A stretch of DNA of 64,000 nt from Candidatus Nomurabacteria bacterium (GCA_023898465.1 CP060223.1:704001-768000), one strand, 5' to 3'. Shown: positions 27,779-35,624, counted from the stretch's first letter. Made by a program: numbers and translations. Notes: generated by a model from the letters alone, not told the origin.

Positions 27779-28180
27779 GGGGATGCCCAATAATCGATCG
27801 ATCGTTCACAATCTGTGCAGGCAAGCCGGTCACCCAGGTCTCCCGTAACAGGCCCTGGAAAAAGCAAGTGTCAATTCATTTGCCAGCAAGGTAAAGAACT
27901 CCATTGCTAACGCAATGCAGTCACTCCAACTTGCGCCAGTTGTCGCGTAAAAACCGATAACCATCTATGCTTACGATGTCCTGAGTTGTTCGCATGGGTG
28001 CTACACTTATCAGGATAGGAACCTACCTTGTCTCGGGTTTGTTCCGAACTATTGAGACTAGGAAATAAATGATTTCGTTCGTTTCATACATTTGTTTCTG
28101 AAGCATTAAAGCGAACTAGGCTTGTAGAATGTACACGATTGTACGATGAGACGCGGGCGTGATACCCGCCATCTCCACCA
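27779..28180 (+). ncRNA. ssrA: candidate tmRNA (ssrA)
   Basis: Directly downstream of smpB; 5' GGGGAUG pairs with 3' CAUCUCC-A-CCA giving a G3-U70 wobble; T-arm GCGGG/cgugaua/CCCGC precedes the acceptor 3' strand; candidate tag reading frame GCU AAC GCA AUG CAG UCA CUC CAA CUU GCG CCA GUU GUC GCG UAA (ANAMQSLQLAPVVA) at 27906..27950. Confidence 0.55.
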
Positions 28181-28296
28181 ACCTTCGCTGTATTGAGCGA
28201 AGGTTGTCCGCCGAAGCTTTATGCGAAGGTGGACAAATGAATGTACATCAACAAGTATGCGGTAACGCAGCTTCGGTTGGCACGGCCATCCGAGAT

Positions 28297-28839
28297 ATGC
28301 ATTCAAACATTTATTCATTAACCACTCCGGCAATTCAGAAAAGGCTTCGCATCAATCACTTTATTCGGATTCCTGAAGTTCGCTTGATTGACGAACAAAA
28401 TACACAGGTGGGGGTTGTTCCAACTTCAGATGCCTTACGCATGGCAGAAGAACGGGGCCTCGACCTTGTTGAGGTTGCACCACAAGCTCAACCGCCGGTC
28501 TGTCGCCTACTCGACTACGGCGCCTATCAATATCAACAGGAACGCCAAGAACGAAAAGCCAAAGCCAAACAAAAGAAGTCTGAAGTCAAAGGAATTCGCA
28601 TCTCTTTCAAAATCGGTGAACATGATCTGGATGTTCGCCAGAAGCAAGCCCAGAAGTTCCTCGAGCAGGGTCACAAAGTGAAATTAGAAATGCTACTGCG
28701 TGGTCGAGAAAAGGCCATGAAGCATCTCGCTGAAGAAAAGCTCCGTAATTTTGTGAGCACGCTCGGTGAATCCGTCACCATTGATCAAGATATTACCCGC
28801 CAAGGAGGAAAATTTTTCCTCGTAGTCCGTAAAAAATAA
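28297..28839 (+). CDS. infC: translation initiation factor IF-3
   Basis: INHFIRIPEVRLID...PPVCRLLDYG..., C-domain GREKAMKHLAEEKL; ATG at 28297, alternative AUU start at 28333. Confidence 0.85.
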   Translation: MHSNIYSLTTPAIQKRLRINHFIRIPEVRLIDEQNTQVGVVPTSDALRMAEERGLDLVEVAPQAQPPVCRLLDYGAYQYQQERQERKAKAKQKKSEVKGIRISFKIGEHDLDVRQKQAQKFLEQGHKVKLEMLLRGREKAMKHLAEEKLRNFVSTLGESVTIDQDITRQGGKFFLVVRKK

Positions 28840-28841
28840 GT

Positions 28842-29039
28842 ATGCCTAAGCTCAAGACCCACAAAGCAACTGCCAAGCGTTTCACCTTTACGAAAAAAGG
28901 TAAAATCCAACGCCGCAAAACCGGCCAGGATCATTTCAATGCACGAGAATCAAGTCGTACCACCATGCGGAAGCGACGAGACAGCTCAGCAGCTAAAGCC
29001 GACGTACGGAAAATCCGCAACGTCCTACCCTATCACTAA
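28842..29039 (+). CDS. rpmI: 50S ribosomal protein L35
   Basis: MPKLKTHKATAKRF..., 65 aa basic. Confidence 0.9.
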   Translation: MPKLKTHKATAKRFTFTKKGKIQRRKTGQDHFNARESSRTTMRKRRDSSAAKADVRKIRNVLPYH

Positions 29040-29051
29040 TGCACGAAACAC

Positions 29052-29390
29052 ATGCGAGTTAAGCGCGGTACATCACACATCAAACGACGTAAGAATTTAC
29101 TCAGTCGAGCCAAGGGCTTTCGCTGGGGACGTAAAAGTCATCCTAAGCTAGCCCGAACTGCAGTACTGAAAGCTGGTGCTCACGCCTACCGAGATCGACG
29201 CAAGAAAAAGCGTGATTTCCGCAGCCTCTGGAACATCAAGATCAATGCTGCTTCACGAGAACAGGGCGTTACCTACCATGAACTGATTGATAAGCTGAAG
29301 AAGGGTAACATCAACCTCAATCGAAAAGTATTGGCTGAGCTAGCCGAACATGAACCAGCAGTCTTTGCTGAAGTAGTGAAACAGGCCTAA
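29052..29390 (+). CDS. rplT: 50S ribosomal protein L20
   Basis: MRVKRGTSHIKRRKNLL..AKGFRW; infC-rpmI-rplT operon order. Confidence 0.9.
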   Translation: MRVKRGTSHIKRRKNLLSRAKGFRWGRKSHPKLARTAVLKAGAHAYRDRRKKKRDFRSLWNIKINAASREQGVTYHELIDKLKKGNINLNRKVLAELAEHEPAVFAEVVKQA

Positions 29391-29423
29391 GACGTTACCT
29401 TACGAAAAAAAAGAAACAGTCCC

Positions 29424-29828
29424 CTAGCGGGACTGTTTTGCTTTATGCGCATACCAATGTCGAAGCACATCTGCTCCAATGAATGCACCAATTGCGTCTA
29501 TACCAACGTCGTGCCAAGCCGGCACTCGATCTTGCACAAAACCCTGATGCCACTCATCGCTGGCCGCATAGAGTGCAGCGAGTAAAAAGGCTAAGAATAG
29601 ACGTCGGGGGCTTAAGTGATTTCCCTGCTGGCTAAGCGCTCGATAAAGCAAAGCCGACAAAATGCCAAACTCCGTGGCATGCGCAAACTTACGTAAAATA
29701 AAATCTATGTTACTAGGGAAACTACTTCGCAATCCTGCAATTGAGGAGAGTCCGAAAATGAGGCCCGCCCAAAGAAGTACAGGTATCCATAATGAAACGA
29801 GATGGGCTAGGGAGGAAGACGATTTCAT
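29424..29828 (-). CDS. VanZ-like family membrane protein
   Basis: 134 aa, 4 TM, KFAHATEFGILSALLYRAL and DEWHQ motifs. Confidence 0.6.
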   Translation of the reverse strand: MKSSSSLAHLVSLWIPVLLWAGLIFGLSSIAGLRSSFPSNIDFILRKFAHATEFGILSALLYRALSQQGNHLSPRRLFLAFLLAALYAASDEWHQGFVQDRVPAWHDVGIDAIGAFIGADVLRHWYAHKAKQSR

Positions 29829-29829
29829 C

Positions 29830-30570
29830 TTAGAGCGGCGGATTGAAAGAGCTCACGCGTAAAAGCCAGTCCGACAAAACTCCCAACTGACCAATGACCA
29901 TAAGAAATCCTATGAGGAGTAAAAGTGCTCCAGCCACTCGCTGCACATAATACGCTGCTCGTTGGAAACGACGTATCCAATTCGCGAGATGATCAATAGC
30001 CAGGCTCAGTAAGAGGAAAGGTGTCGCAATACCTAGCGCAAACACGAGAAGTAAGAAACCACCTGACCACATACTCTCAGACTGACTGGCTAAGAAGAGA
30101 ATCGTCGCTAACACCGGACCAATACAGGGCGTCCAAGCAAAGCCAAAACTTAGGCCGATTAAAAACGCATTCACGCCATGCGACTTGGTAAAGTACTTAT
30201 GCAAATCAAACTTTGCTTCTCGATAAAGCCAAGGCGCCCGGAAAGCACCAAGGAGAAAAAGTCCAAAGAGGAAGAAGAACACACCGGCAATCTGGGCAAT
30301 AAGATCCCGATGACGTAAAAACATGCTACCGATCGAGCTCGCACCTAAGCCAAGTAAAACAAAGATAAGCACAAACCCAGCTACAAAAAAGAGGCTATGA
30401 CGAAAAACCTGCCAGCGAACTCTGGCTAACTGCTCTGCTGGGGCATTTATTGCCACTCCGCCGAAATAACTTAAGTAGGCCGGGATTAAGGGAAAAACAC
30501 AGGGCGCAAAAAAGGCTACTAGGCCTCCGACAAATGCTGCAACAATATGGACATTGGTTCCGTCAAACAC
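29830..30570 (-). CDS. ccdA: cytochrome c-type biogenesis / thiol-disulfide transporter CcdA (DsbD transmembrane domain)
   Basis: Two conserved Cys in TM1 and TM4 (FFAPCVFPLIP; WTPCIGPVLATIL). Confidence 0.75.
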   Translation of the reverse strand: MFDGTNVHIVAAFVGGLVAFFAPCVFPLIPAYLSYFGGVAINAPAEQLARVRWQVFRHSLFFVAGFVLIFVLLGLGASSIGSMFLRHRDLIAQIAGVFFFLFGLFLLGAFRAPWLYREAKFDLHKYFTKSHGVNAFLIGLSFGFAWTPCIGPVLATILFLASQSESMWSGGFLLLVFALGIATPFLLLSLAIDHLANWIRRFQRAAYYVQRVAGALLLLIGFLMVIGQLGVLSDWLLRVSSFNPPL

Positions 30571-30648
30571 CCCAATATCGTACTCGTAGACCGAAAAATG
30601 GTCAATCTAAAAACAACCAGTCTACACTGGCCTGTCTTGTTGTCCATT

Positions 30649-30726
30649 TGGCGGGCCCGACCGGATTCGAACCGGCGATCTTCTCCGTGACAGGGAGACG
30701 TGTTAACCGGGCTACACCACGAGCCC
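30649..30726 (-). tRNA. tRNA-Asp (anticodon GTC), CCA encoded
   Basis: Reverse complement GGGCTCGTGGTGTAGCCCGGTTAACACGTCTCCCTGTCACGGAGAAGATCGCCGGTTCGAATCCGGTCGGGCCCGCCA folds as a cloverleaf: 7-bp acceptor, anticodon loop CUGUCAC, T-loop TTCGAAT, discriminator G. Confidence 0.85.
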
Positions 30727-30953
30727 ATCAAATAGACAACAAAATCTAGGAAATACGGATGAGAGTATATCAGTAACTTATTAAGCTGTCTAGGGTTTTA
30801 TTAGCCTTGAAAACCCCACCCTCCCCGGACCGCCGGAACAACTGACTGCGTCTCAGAAACACATGAGGAGAGAGTTCAATGCGCTTCAAGGAATACAGTC
30901 GGCTCCTGGCGGCCTGGGGAGAGGGTAACGACTAGGCGTTACCCTGTGTGTTG

Positions 30954-31139
30954 CTAGAGGTAGTGAGGCACGAAGAGAGGGCGTCGGCCGAAGTCAGGCC
31001 CTTTCCCTACGGGCTTAACAACCCGTCGTGTGAAACTCCTTCGATCTGTGTAGGTCGTCGCGATGCAGAGCTTATAACCCCGCTCCTCTGCGACCTGATC
31101 AGGATCGAAGTCAAAAACATCGACAGTGGACTTTGGCAT
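30954..31139 (-). CDS. small hypothetical protein (61 aa)
   Basis: GAGGAGG 5 nt upstream of ATG; high GC; shares the ..VD..D..E..Y...TTYT.R.. core with 31266..31619. Confidence 0.4.
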   Translation of the reverse strand: MPKSTVDVFDFDPDQVAEERGYKLCIATTYTDRRSFTRRVVKPVGKGPDFGRRPLFVPHYL

Positions 31140-31265
31140 GCAGACCTCCTCGGGTACTCAGCCTCTAGGGTTTGTACAAACTATTCCTCCTCTCACGCCT
31201 CCTCAAAAGAAGAAGTGAGAGGAGGAGAGCAAGTCAGTCGAAACTGCTTGCTCTCCAAAGAAAGA

Positions 31266-31619
31266 TCAACAGTGGTAGGTCTTCGGTCTCTGGCCTCCGA
31301 AAAGGCCGCGGTGCAGACCAGCGTCCGACCTCCTCGTCCTGCGCGGATTCAACCCGTCCTTGGGCGTACATCCGCGAGAAGTGTAGGTCGTCTGTCTCTG
31401 TGCGCCACCTACCCATGGAGCGTAGTTGACGCCGAGGTCGAGCTTCTCCCGAACCGAGAGGCTCGAGAGATCAACAGGACCGATTTGAGGATCGGATTTC
31501 GATTCCGGAGTGAAGTGATCCGTGACCTTCAGCCACGAACCATTCCCTTCTATCCGAACTGACCCTGGACGCGCGTGAATTCTACACATGCCTTCCCCCA
31601 TCTGCTTGCACTGATCCAT
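31266..31619 (-). CDS. hypothetical protein (up to 117 aa; true start uncertain), paralog of 30954..31139
   Basis: C-terminal 60 aa align to the 61-aa neighbour (PVDLSSLSVREKLDLGVNYA..TTYTSRG vs TVDVFDFDPDQVAEERGYKL..TTYTDRR); DNA-level imperfect repeat (CAACCCGTC..GTGTAGGTCGTC). Confidence 0.35.
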   Translation of the reverse strand: MDQCKQMGEGMCRIHARPGSVRIEGNGSWLKVTDHFTPESKSDPQIGPVDLSSLSVREKLDLGVNYAPWVGGAQRQTTYTSRGCTPKDGLNPRRTRRSDAGLHRGLFGGQRPKTYHC

Positions 31620-31724
31620 CAGTGCATGTAAAGGTCCATCTCTACTCCCAACCCCTTCTCACATTCCTGTGAAATGGGATAGGGGTACTTTAGCGGAAGC
31701 GCCTGCTTCTCGCAAGAATCAGCC

Positions 31725-31808
31725 ACCTCCCCTGGACACTCCTCCTCAATGAGGATTGCCCGGGGGAGGCCACGTACACCGATGCATAAGCCTCCGGTGG
31801 ACGTGGCT
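31725..31808 (-). promoter_or_regulatory. structured leader element C, copy 1 (two hairpins, core GUGUCCAGGGGAG)
   Basis: Read on the minus strand: CACGUCCACC..CGGUGUACGUG hairpin followed by CCCCGGG..CCUC..GAGG..GUGUCCAGGGGAG; homologous to 32602..32674. Confidence 0.55.
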
Positions 31809-32577
31809 AAAACAGTGAGTGGTACCAGGACCAAAGCTCAGCGCCCTTGAACAGAGCGAGAACTGCTGCTGGTGCCAGTAAAGAACCAAATGGAAGAGCT
31901 GCCGAGCTGCTCGCCCTGCCGAAGCGGATCAAGCTCAAGCCCAAGATACTACCAGCAGTAGACGCTAGCAGTACGGCAGCCAAGAAAGCAGCTGGACCAA
32001 GAAAGGCTCCAAGCATGAAAGCTAGCTTCACATCACCAAGCCCCATTCCTACCTGCCCACTTGCCTTCTTATAGAACCAGCCGATCAGGTAGAAACTTAC
32101 TCCTCCAGCCGCAGAGCCAGTGAGAGCTGGTACCAGGCCAATAGTCCAAGGTGAGAGCATCAATCCAAGTACAACTCCTCCCAAGCTGATTTCGTCGGGA
32201 ATGATCCGCTCGCGCCAATCCGTGAAGAAGACAACGAGCAGACCAAAGAAAAACAGCCAGGCGGAAAACCTCGGTATCATGTCAGGAATGGCAACGTAGA
32301 CCAGCAGGGCCAAGCCACCACCCAGCAGTTCAACCACAGGGTAGTGAAGCGAGATTGCTGACCGACAGTAGGCGCAACGCCCACGCAAAGCAATCCAGCT
32401 CAAGACTGGAACGAGATGCCAGGATCGAAGACGTCGACCACAGCATGGCGCGTATGACCTTGGCGTGCATACGCTCTCCCTAGGAGGGAGGCGATGAATG
32501 CACACATTAGCGAAACTGCCGAGCAAAGTGCCAACCATGAACACGAAGCTCGCAATCAGATACACACTTCCGTACAT
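31807..32577 (-). CDS. pilD: type IV prepilin peptidase (A24 family; PilD/ComC-like)
   Basis: N-terminal CxxC..CxxC zinc region (CTPRSYAPCCG..CAYCRSAI), polytopic A24 core; GGAGG 4 nt upstream of ATG. Confidence 0.8.
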   Translation of the reverse strand: MYGSVYLIASFVFMVGTLLGSFANVCIHRLPPRESVCTPRSYAPCCGRRLRSWHLVPVLSWIALRGRCAYCRSAISLHYPVVELLGGGLALLVYVAIPDMIPRFSAWLFFFGLLVVFFTDWRERIIPDEISLGGVVLGLMLSPWTIGLVPALTGSAAGGVSFYLIGWFYKKASGQVGMGLGDVKLAFMLGAFLGPAAFLAAVLLASTAGSILGLSLIRFGRASSSAALPFGSLLAPAAVLALFKGAELWSWYHSLF

Positions 32578-32601
32578 GTCTCCTCCCTGAGTTTGTATTC
32601 T

Positions 32602-32674
32602 CCCCTGGACACCCCTCTTGAGAGGTACCCGGGGAAGATCACGTCCACCGAAGCTTCATGCAAGGGTGGACGTG
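32602..32674 (-). promoter_or_regulatory. structured leader element C, copy 2, ending 13 nt before the pilD SD
   Basis: Minus-strand reading CACGUCCACC cuugcaugaagcuucg GGUGGACGUG (10-bp perfect stem) then CCCCGGGUACCUCUCAAGAGGGGUGUCCAGGGGAGA; second-hairpin inner stem differs compensatorily from copy 1. Confidence 0.55.
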
Positions 32675-32686
32675 ATCGCTGAGCGC

Positions 32687-33097
32687 TTACTCGCGCTGCG
32701 GGGTCAGGACAAGGACGGACTCGCCATCCTTTCCATTGACCGTGATGCGATAGGAGGAGAAGAACTCGGCCGGATCGTAGTAGACCGCACCAGACTCCTT
32801 CCCAGCCTTGTCGTAGGACCCGACGTCGTAGACCGCCGTACCTCCGAAGGGATTCCGGATACTACGCCTGGCGTTCGCCACCCCAGCGATGGAATCCGGA
32901 TAGACTCCTCCGTTCGCTGTAGCCCAGTCATCGACCATGTCCTGCACTTCGTAGGCATTGGACTTGGCCGTCGACAGACGTGCCCTGTCCTGCAGCGCCA
33001 GGTAATTCGGGACGGCGATGAGCGCCAGGATCCCGATGATGACCACCACGATCATGAGCTCGATGAGGGTGAATCCCTCCTGATTCTTCCGAAGCAT
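32687..33097 (-). CDS. type IV pilin / pseudopilin (class III signal peptide)
   Basis: MLRKNQEG|FTLIELMIVVVIIGILALIA: Gly-1, Phe+1, Glu+5 prepilin signature; GAGGAGGAA SD upstream; ORF track extends to a TTG at 33163 but the ATG at about 33097 fits the leader-peptide length. Confidence 0.75.
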   Translation of the reverse strand: MLRKNQEGFTLIELMIVVVIIGILALIAVPNYLALQDRARLSTAKSNAYEVQDMVDDWATANGGVYPDSIAGVANARRSIRNPFGGTAVYDVGSYDKAGKESGAVYYDPAEFFSSYRITVNGKDGESVLVLTPQRE

Positions 33098-33149
33098 CAC
33101 TTCCTCCTCTCTGGCTTCACCGGCAGCCAGTTGCCGTTGTAGAGAATAT

Positions 33150-33235
33150 TTTTCTCTCCGCAATCCTTATTCCCTTCCTCCCCTTTCAAAAGGGGAGGCT
33201 AGGTGGGGTTAAGAACTCTGGAGAGAGGAGGAGGA
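33150..33235 (-). promoter_or_regulatory. structured leader element, family A/B, copy B1 (variant with CCUCCCC/GGGGAGG inner hairpin)
   Basis: Minus-strand reading CCUCCUCCUCUCUCCAGAG..[CCUCCCC uuuugaaa GGGGAGG]..UUGCGGAGAG about 50 nt upstream of the pilin SD; the 5' pyrimidine tract is complementary to the SD GAGAGGAGG. Confidence 0.55.
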
Positions 33236-33435
33236 CAACCAAGGCAGAAGTGACACAAGGTCACAACCGCGAAGATCGACCCTCCTCCATGTGCTAGTGA
33301 CGCCCGCATTCGCGCCAAAGTTGGCGGGTGAGCAGACGGCGGTGATGCGTCAATCCGCATCGAGCTCGCAGCGCCCGACGACGCTGCCACTCGTGCAAAA
33401 AGAGTTCCACATGATGGAAAAATGATATGACACCC

Positions 33436-33612
33436 TCCATCACTTGAACTCCTGATTACAGAAGCAATACGCGCTCCGCGCCATCCATGTTACCCCGCTC
33501 AAGAAGAGCAAGAGACAAAAGAAGGCGGTGAGTGGCCCGATCGGAGTGGTCAGCGCTCCGAGCATGCCAAGCGATAGCAGTTCAGCAGCCACTGCCTGAA
33601 AAAGATATCGCA
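33436..33612 (-). CDS. small membrane protein (58 aa), hypothetical
   Basis: ATG with AGGAGG 6 nt upstream; MRYLFQAVAAELLSLGMLGALTTPIGPLTAFFCLLLFLSGV...; overlaps the 3' end of 33582..34211 in another frame; <60 aa so not in ORF track. Confidence 0.3.
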
Positions 33613-34211
33613 TCCTTGCCTCCTAGGTTTCTGGTCCGATATGCACCGAACCAGACTACAACGTGACAGACCAGGCTGACGCCTGGATATACCAGAGCCG
33701 CGAAACCATCCGGCCAGGCAACAACACCTTGCAACGCATACGCCAGCACGCCCAAACTCCACGGCCACTGGCTCATGCGCTGAGTACGAGAGAAACTCAT
33801 CTTCGCTATAGGTACAAAGGAAGGGATCACCACCACCTGAGCGATGATGTTCTCTGCCTTTGGATTATGAGCAAGGGTTGCGTAACCCAGAGCTATCACA
33901 ACGCCAATTCCCATAGACATGTCCCACGCGTCGATCCTCGCAATCTGGCTGACTTGCTTCCACCCGAGCTTCACAATGTACGCAAGGGTGAAGAGCATGA
34001 TCAGGCTAATGCAGGCGACCTGCACATAGGTAAAGATGCGCGCGTAAAGTGACGTGAATTCCCGATAGGTAAGAAAATTCAACATCACCCACACAAACCA
34101 CATCCCGATGGTAACGGGATGCGGCACTTCGCCCTTGAAGATGGCTCGGAGATACGCGAAGTATGCTCCAGCCAAAGCCAAGGAAGCAAGAACCATACAT
34201 ACCGCTCCCAT
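33582..34211 (-). CDS. polytopic membrane protein, hypothetical (209 aa)
   Basis: Five to six predicted TM helices; no recognisable family. Confidence 0.45.
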   Translation of the reverse strand: MGAVCMVLASLALAGAYFAYLRAIFKGEVPHPVTIGMWFVWVMLNFLTYREFTSLYARIFTYVQVACISLIMLFTLAYIVKLGWKQVSQIARIDAWDMSMGIGVVIALGYATLAHNPKAENIIAQVVVIPSFVPIAKMSFSRTQRMSQWPWSLGVLAYALQGVVAWPDGFAALVYPGVSLVCHVVVWFGAYRTRNLGGKDAISFSGSGC

Positions 34212-34399
34212 GAATACCTCCAGCTAAACGTGTTTTCTTCCTCCCTTGAATAACTAAACTCAATTTAGTAACTCAAGGGAGGCTCCGTCCATGTAGGTGT
34301 GACATGGACGGAGCGGTACGGCCTTGAACCTTTCAAAAAAGGCGGCCGCCATCACTGCGCTGCGTATGTTTGGTGATGCAACGCTTTGTGACAAAGCTG

Positions 34400-34497
34400 T
34401 GGCAGATGCAGGATTCGAACCCAACGACTCGCGAAAGAGTCATCTGGTGAATCGGTTGTTAACCGACGGGACCACTCCCTGGTCACCAGCACCTGCC
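34400..34497 (-). ncRNA. aberrant tRNA-like element (98 nt)
   Basis: Reverse complement begins GGCAGGTG and ends GGGTTCGAATCCTGCATCTGCCA: perfect T-loop consensus, 7-8-bp acceptor helix, candidate anticodon arm UCGG-UUAACAA-CCGA, 26-nt variable arm with GACUC/GAGUC hairpin; T-stem and D-arm are poor; TATACT box 7 nt upstream of the 5' end. Confidence 0.3.
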
Positions 34498-34507
34498 AAT
34501 AAAGTAT

Positions 34508-34555
34508 ACACTCTCCGCAGTCCCGTACCTCACATGGTACGAGGCTCTGGAGAGA
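34508..34555 (-). promoter_or_regulatory. structured element, family A/B, copy A1 (variant with CGUACC/GGUACG inner hairpin), immediately upstream of the tRNA-like element
   Basis: CUCUCCAGAGCC[UCGUACC augugag GUACGGG]ACUGCGGAGAG on the minus strand. Confidence 0.5.
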
Positions 34556-34592
34556 TCCGGAGCAAGTAACGTGTACTTACTCCGGAGAGAAA
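34556..34592 (-). terminator. hairpin after the 139-aa gene (CTCCGGA..TCCGGAG 7-bp stem)
   Basis: Perfect 7-bp inverted repeat with 19-nt loop directly after the stop of 34595..35014. Confidence 0.35.
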
Positions 34593-34594
34593 GG

Positions 34595-35014
34595 TCACAT
34601 GACGCGACCGAGCCTCGATCGAAGTCGTCCGAGCTGCGGCACAGTGAGAAGATCGTTCCGATGCTGAGAGCGTCGTCTCTCTTCTTCTGCACGACACCTC
34701 TCGGTCTCGCGCTTCTGTCGCTTGTCCGCTTCAGTCTTCCGCCACGCTTCCAGCGCGTGACGGAGCGTGTGGAGGACGTCGTACGCATCCTCCGGACGAT
34801 GCGATGCGCAATGTGGCTCGACCACTCCGTGCGTCTGACCTCGATGCGGGCAATACGCCTGCTTCGGACTGCAGGCTTGGCCGCACTGACGACAGACCAG
34901 ACTAGCCTCTTCCGGGTTCGCCAAGATCTTTTCGACCTCGGCTTCAGTGAAAGACCTCGGGACCATGTAGGACCCGGACTCGCTGAGAACCATCATCGAG
35001 ATTGAGAATGACAT
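34595..35014 (-). CDS. hypothetical protein with Cys/His cluster (139 aa)
   Basis: GAGGAGG 6 nt upstream of ATG; CRQCGQACSPKQAYCPHRGQTHGVVEPHCASH plus Arg/Glu-rich C-terminus. Confidence 0.5.
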   Translation of the reverse strand: MSFSISMMVLSESGSYMVPRSFTEAEVEKILANPEEASLVCRQCGQACSPKQAYCPHRGQTHGVVEPHCASHRPEDAYDVLHTLRHALEAWRKTEADKRQKRETERCRAEEERRRSQHRNDLLTVPQLGRLRSRLGRVM

Positions 35015-35064
35015 CGTAGCCTCCTCACTGACTTCCGGCGTCAGCAGCCGCTTAGAGAAACCAT

Positions 35065-35112
35065 TTCCTCTCCGCAGTCTCGTACCTCACATGGTACGAG
35101 GCTCTGGAGAGG
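35065..35112 (-). promoter_or_regulatory. structured leader element, family A/B, copy A2, about 50 nt upstream of the SD of 34595..35014
   Basis: Near-identical to A1 (one substitution in the inner stem); shares the extended flank GAGAAACCATTTCCTCTCCGCAGTC with copy B2. Confidence 0.55.
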
Positions 35113-35157
35113 CCCCGAACTGTGGAAGCTCAGGGCGAAAATCGATTGGACTTGAGA

Positions 35158-35595
35158 CTAGGTTAGTCTCTCAACCGATTTCACGTACACCCAACCCTTC
35201 AATCGGCCTCGAACGTAAGATACGGTGACCTCACTTCCTTCAGCAACAGCATCGAAGAGCTGACGTTCTACAGAAACAGTATCTCGTCCTTCAGCAACAT
35301 CGACTGTCAGCTCCCACTTGTCGGAGTGGTGTACGCTTTGAGGCAGAGTCGTTTTTGTTGCCGCATTATAGACATACATAACGGTGACGTGTGCGGCCGT
35401 GAACGTCTTGTTAACAACGCGCCCTCGGCCCTCTTGAAGCGGTCGGAACCACGAGTCAATCGCCGTGAAGATGCCCCAACCCAGCGCAACGAGCACGATG
35501 AGCACGATGAGAAGTATGACTGCAGCTAGGAGTGACCCATAGGGCCAATCGTTCAAGAGCTCCATAAATCCCCTCATCATATCAGCCGAAAACAT
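35158..35595 (-). CDS. membrane-anchored hypothetical protein (145 aa)
   Basis: GGGAGGG 5 nt upstream of ATG; one TM (LLAAVILLIVLIVLVALGWGIF) then soluble beta-rich domain. Confidence 0.5.
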   Translation of the reverse strand: MFSADMMRGFMELLNDWPYGSLLAAVILLIVLIVLVALGWGIFTAIDSWFRPLQEGRGRVVNKTFTAAHVTVMYVYNAATKTTLPQSVHHSDKWELTVDVAEGRDTVSVERQLFDAVAEGSEVTVSYVRGRLKGWVYVKSVERLT

Positions 35596-35624
35596 ATCGC
35601 CCTCCCTTTGCTAGAGAAACCATT

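Noticed and set aside
28106-28333. 75-aa minus-strand ORF
   Set aside because: It overlaps the tmRNA 3' end and the infC leader, has no SD, and is spurious.
31619-31834. 71-aa minus-strand ORF, plus the ORFs at 33199..33390 and 33550..33768
   Set aside because: They coincide with the conserved structured elements or overlap better ORFs in other frames, have no SD, and are likely GC-driven artefacts.
34400-34497. Calling the tRNA-like element a functional tRNA-Sec or tRNA-Val(AAC)
   Set aside because: The T-stem is mostly unpaired, the D-arm has a 10-nt insertion, there is no UCA anticodon in a proper loop, and an A34 Val tRNA is not expected. It is kept as an aberrant tRNA-like element only.
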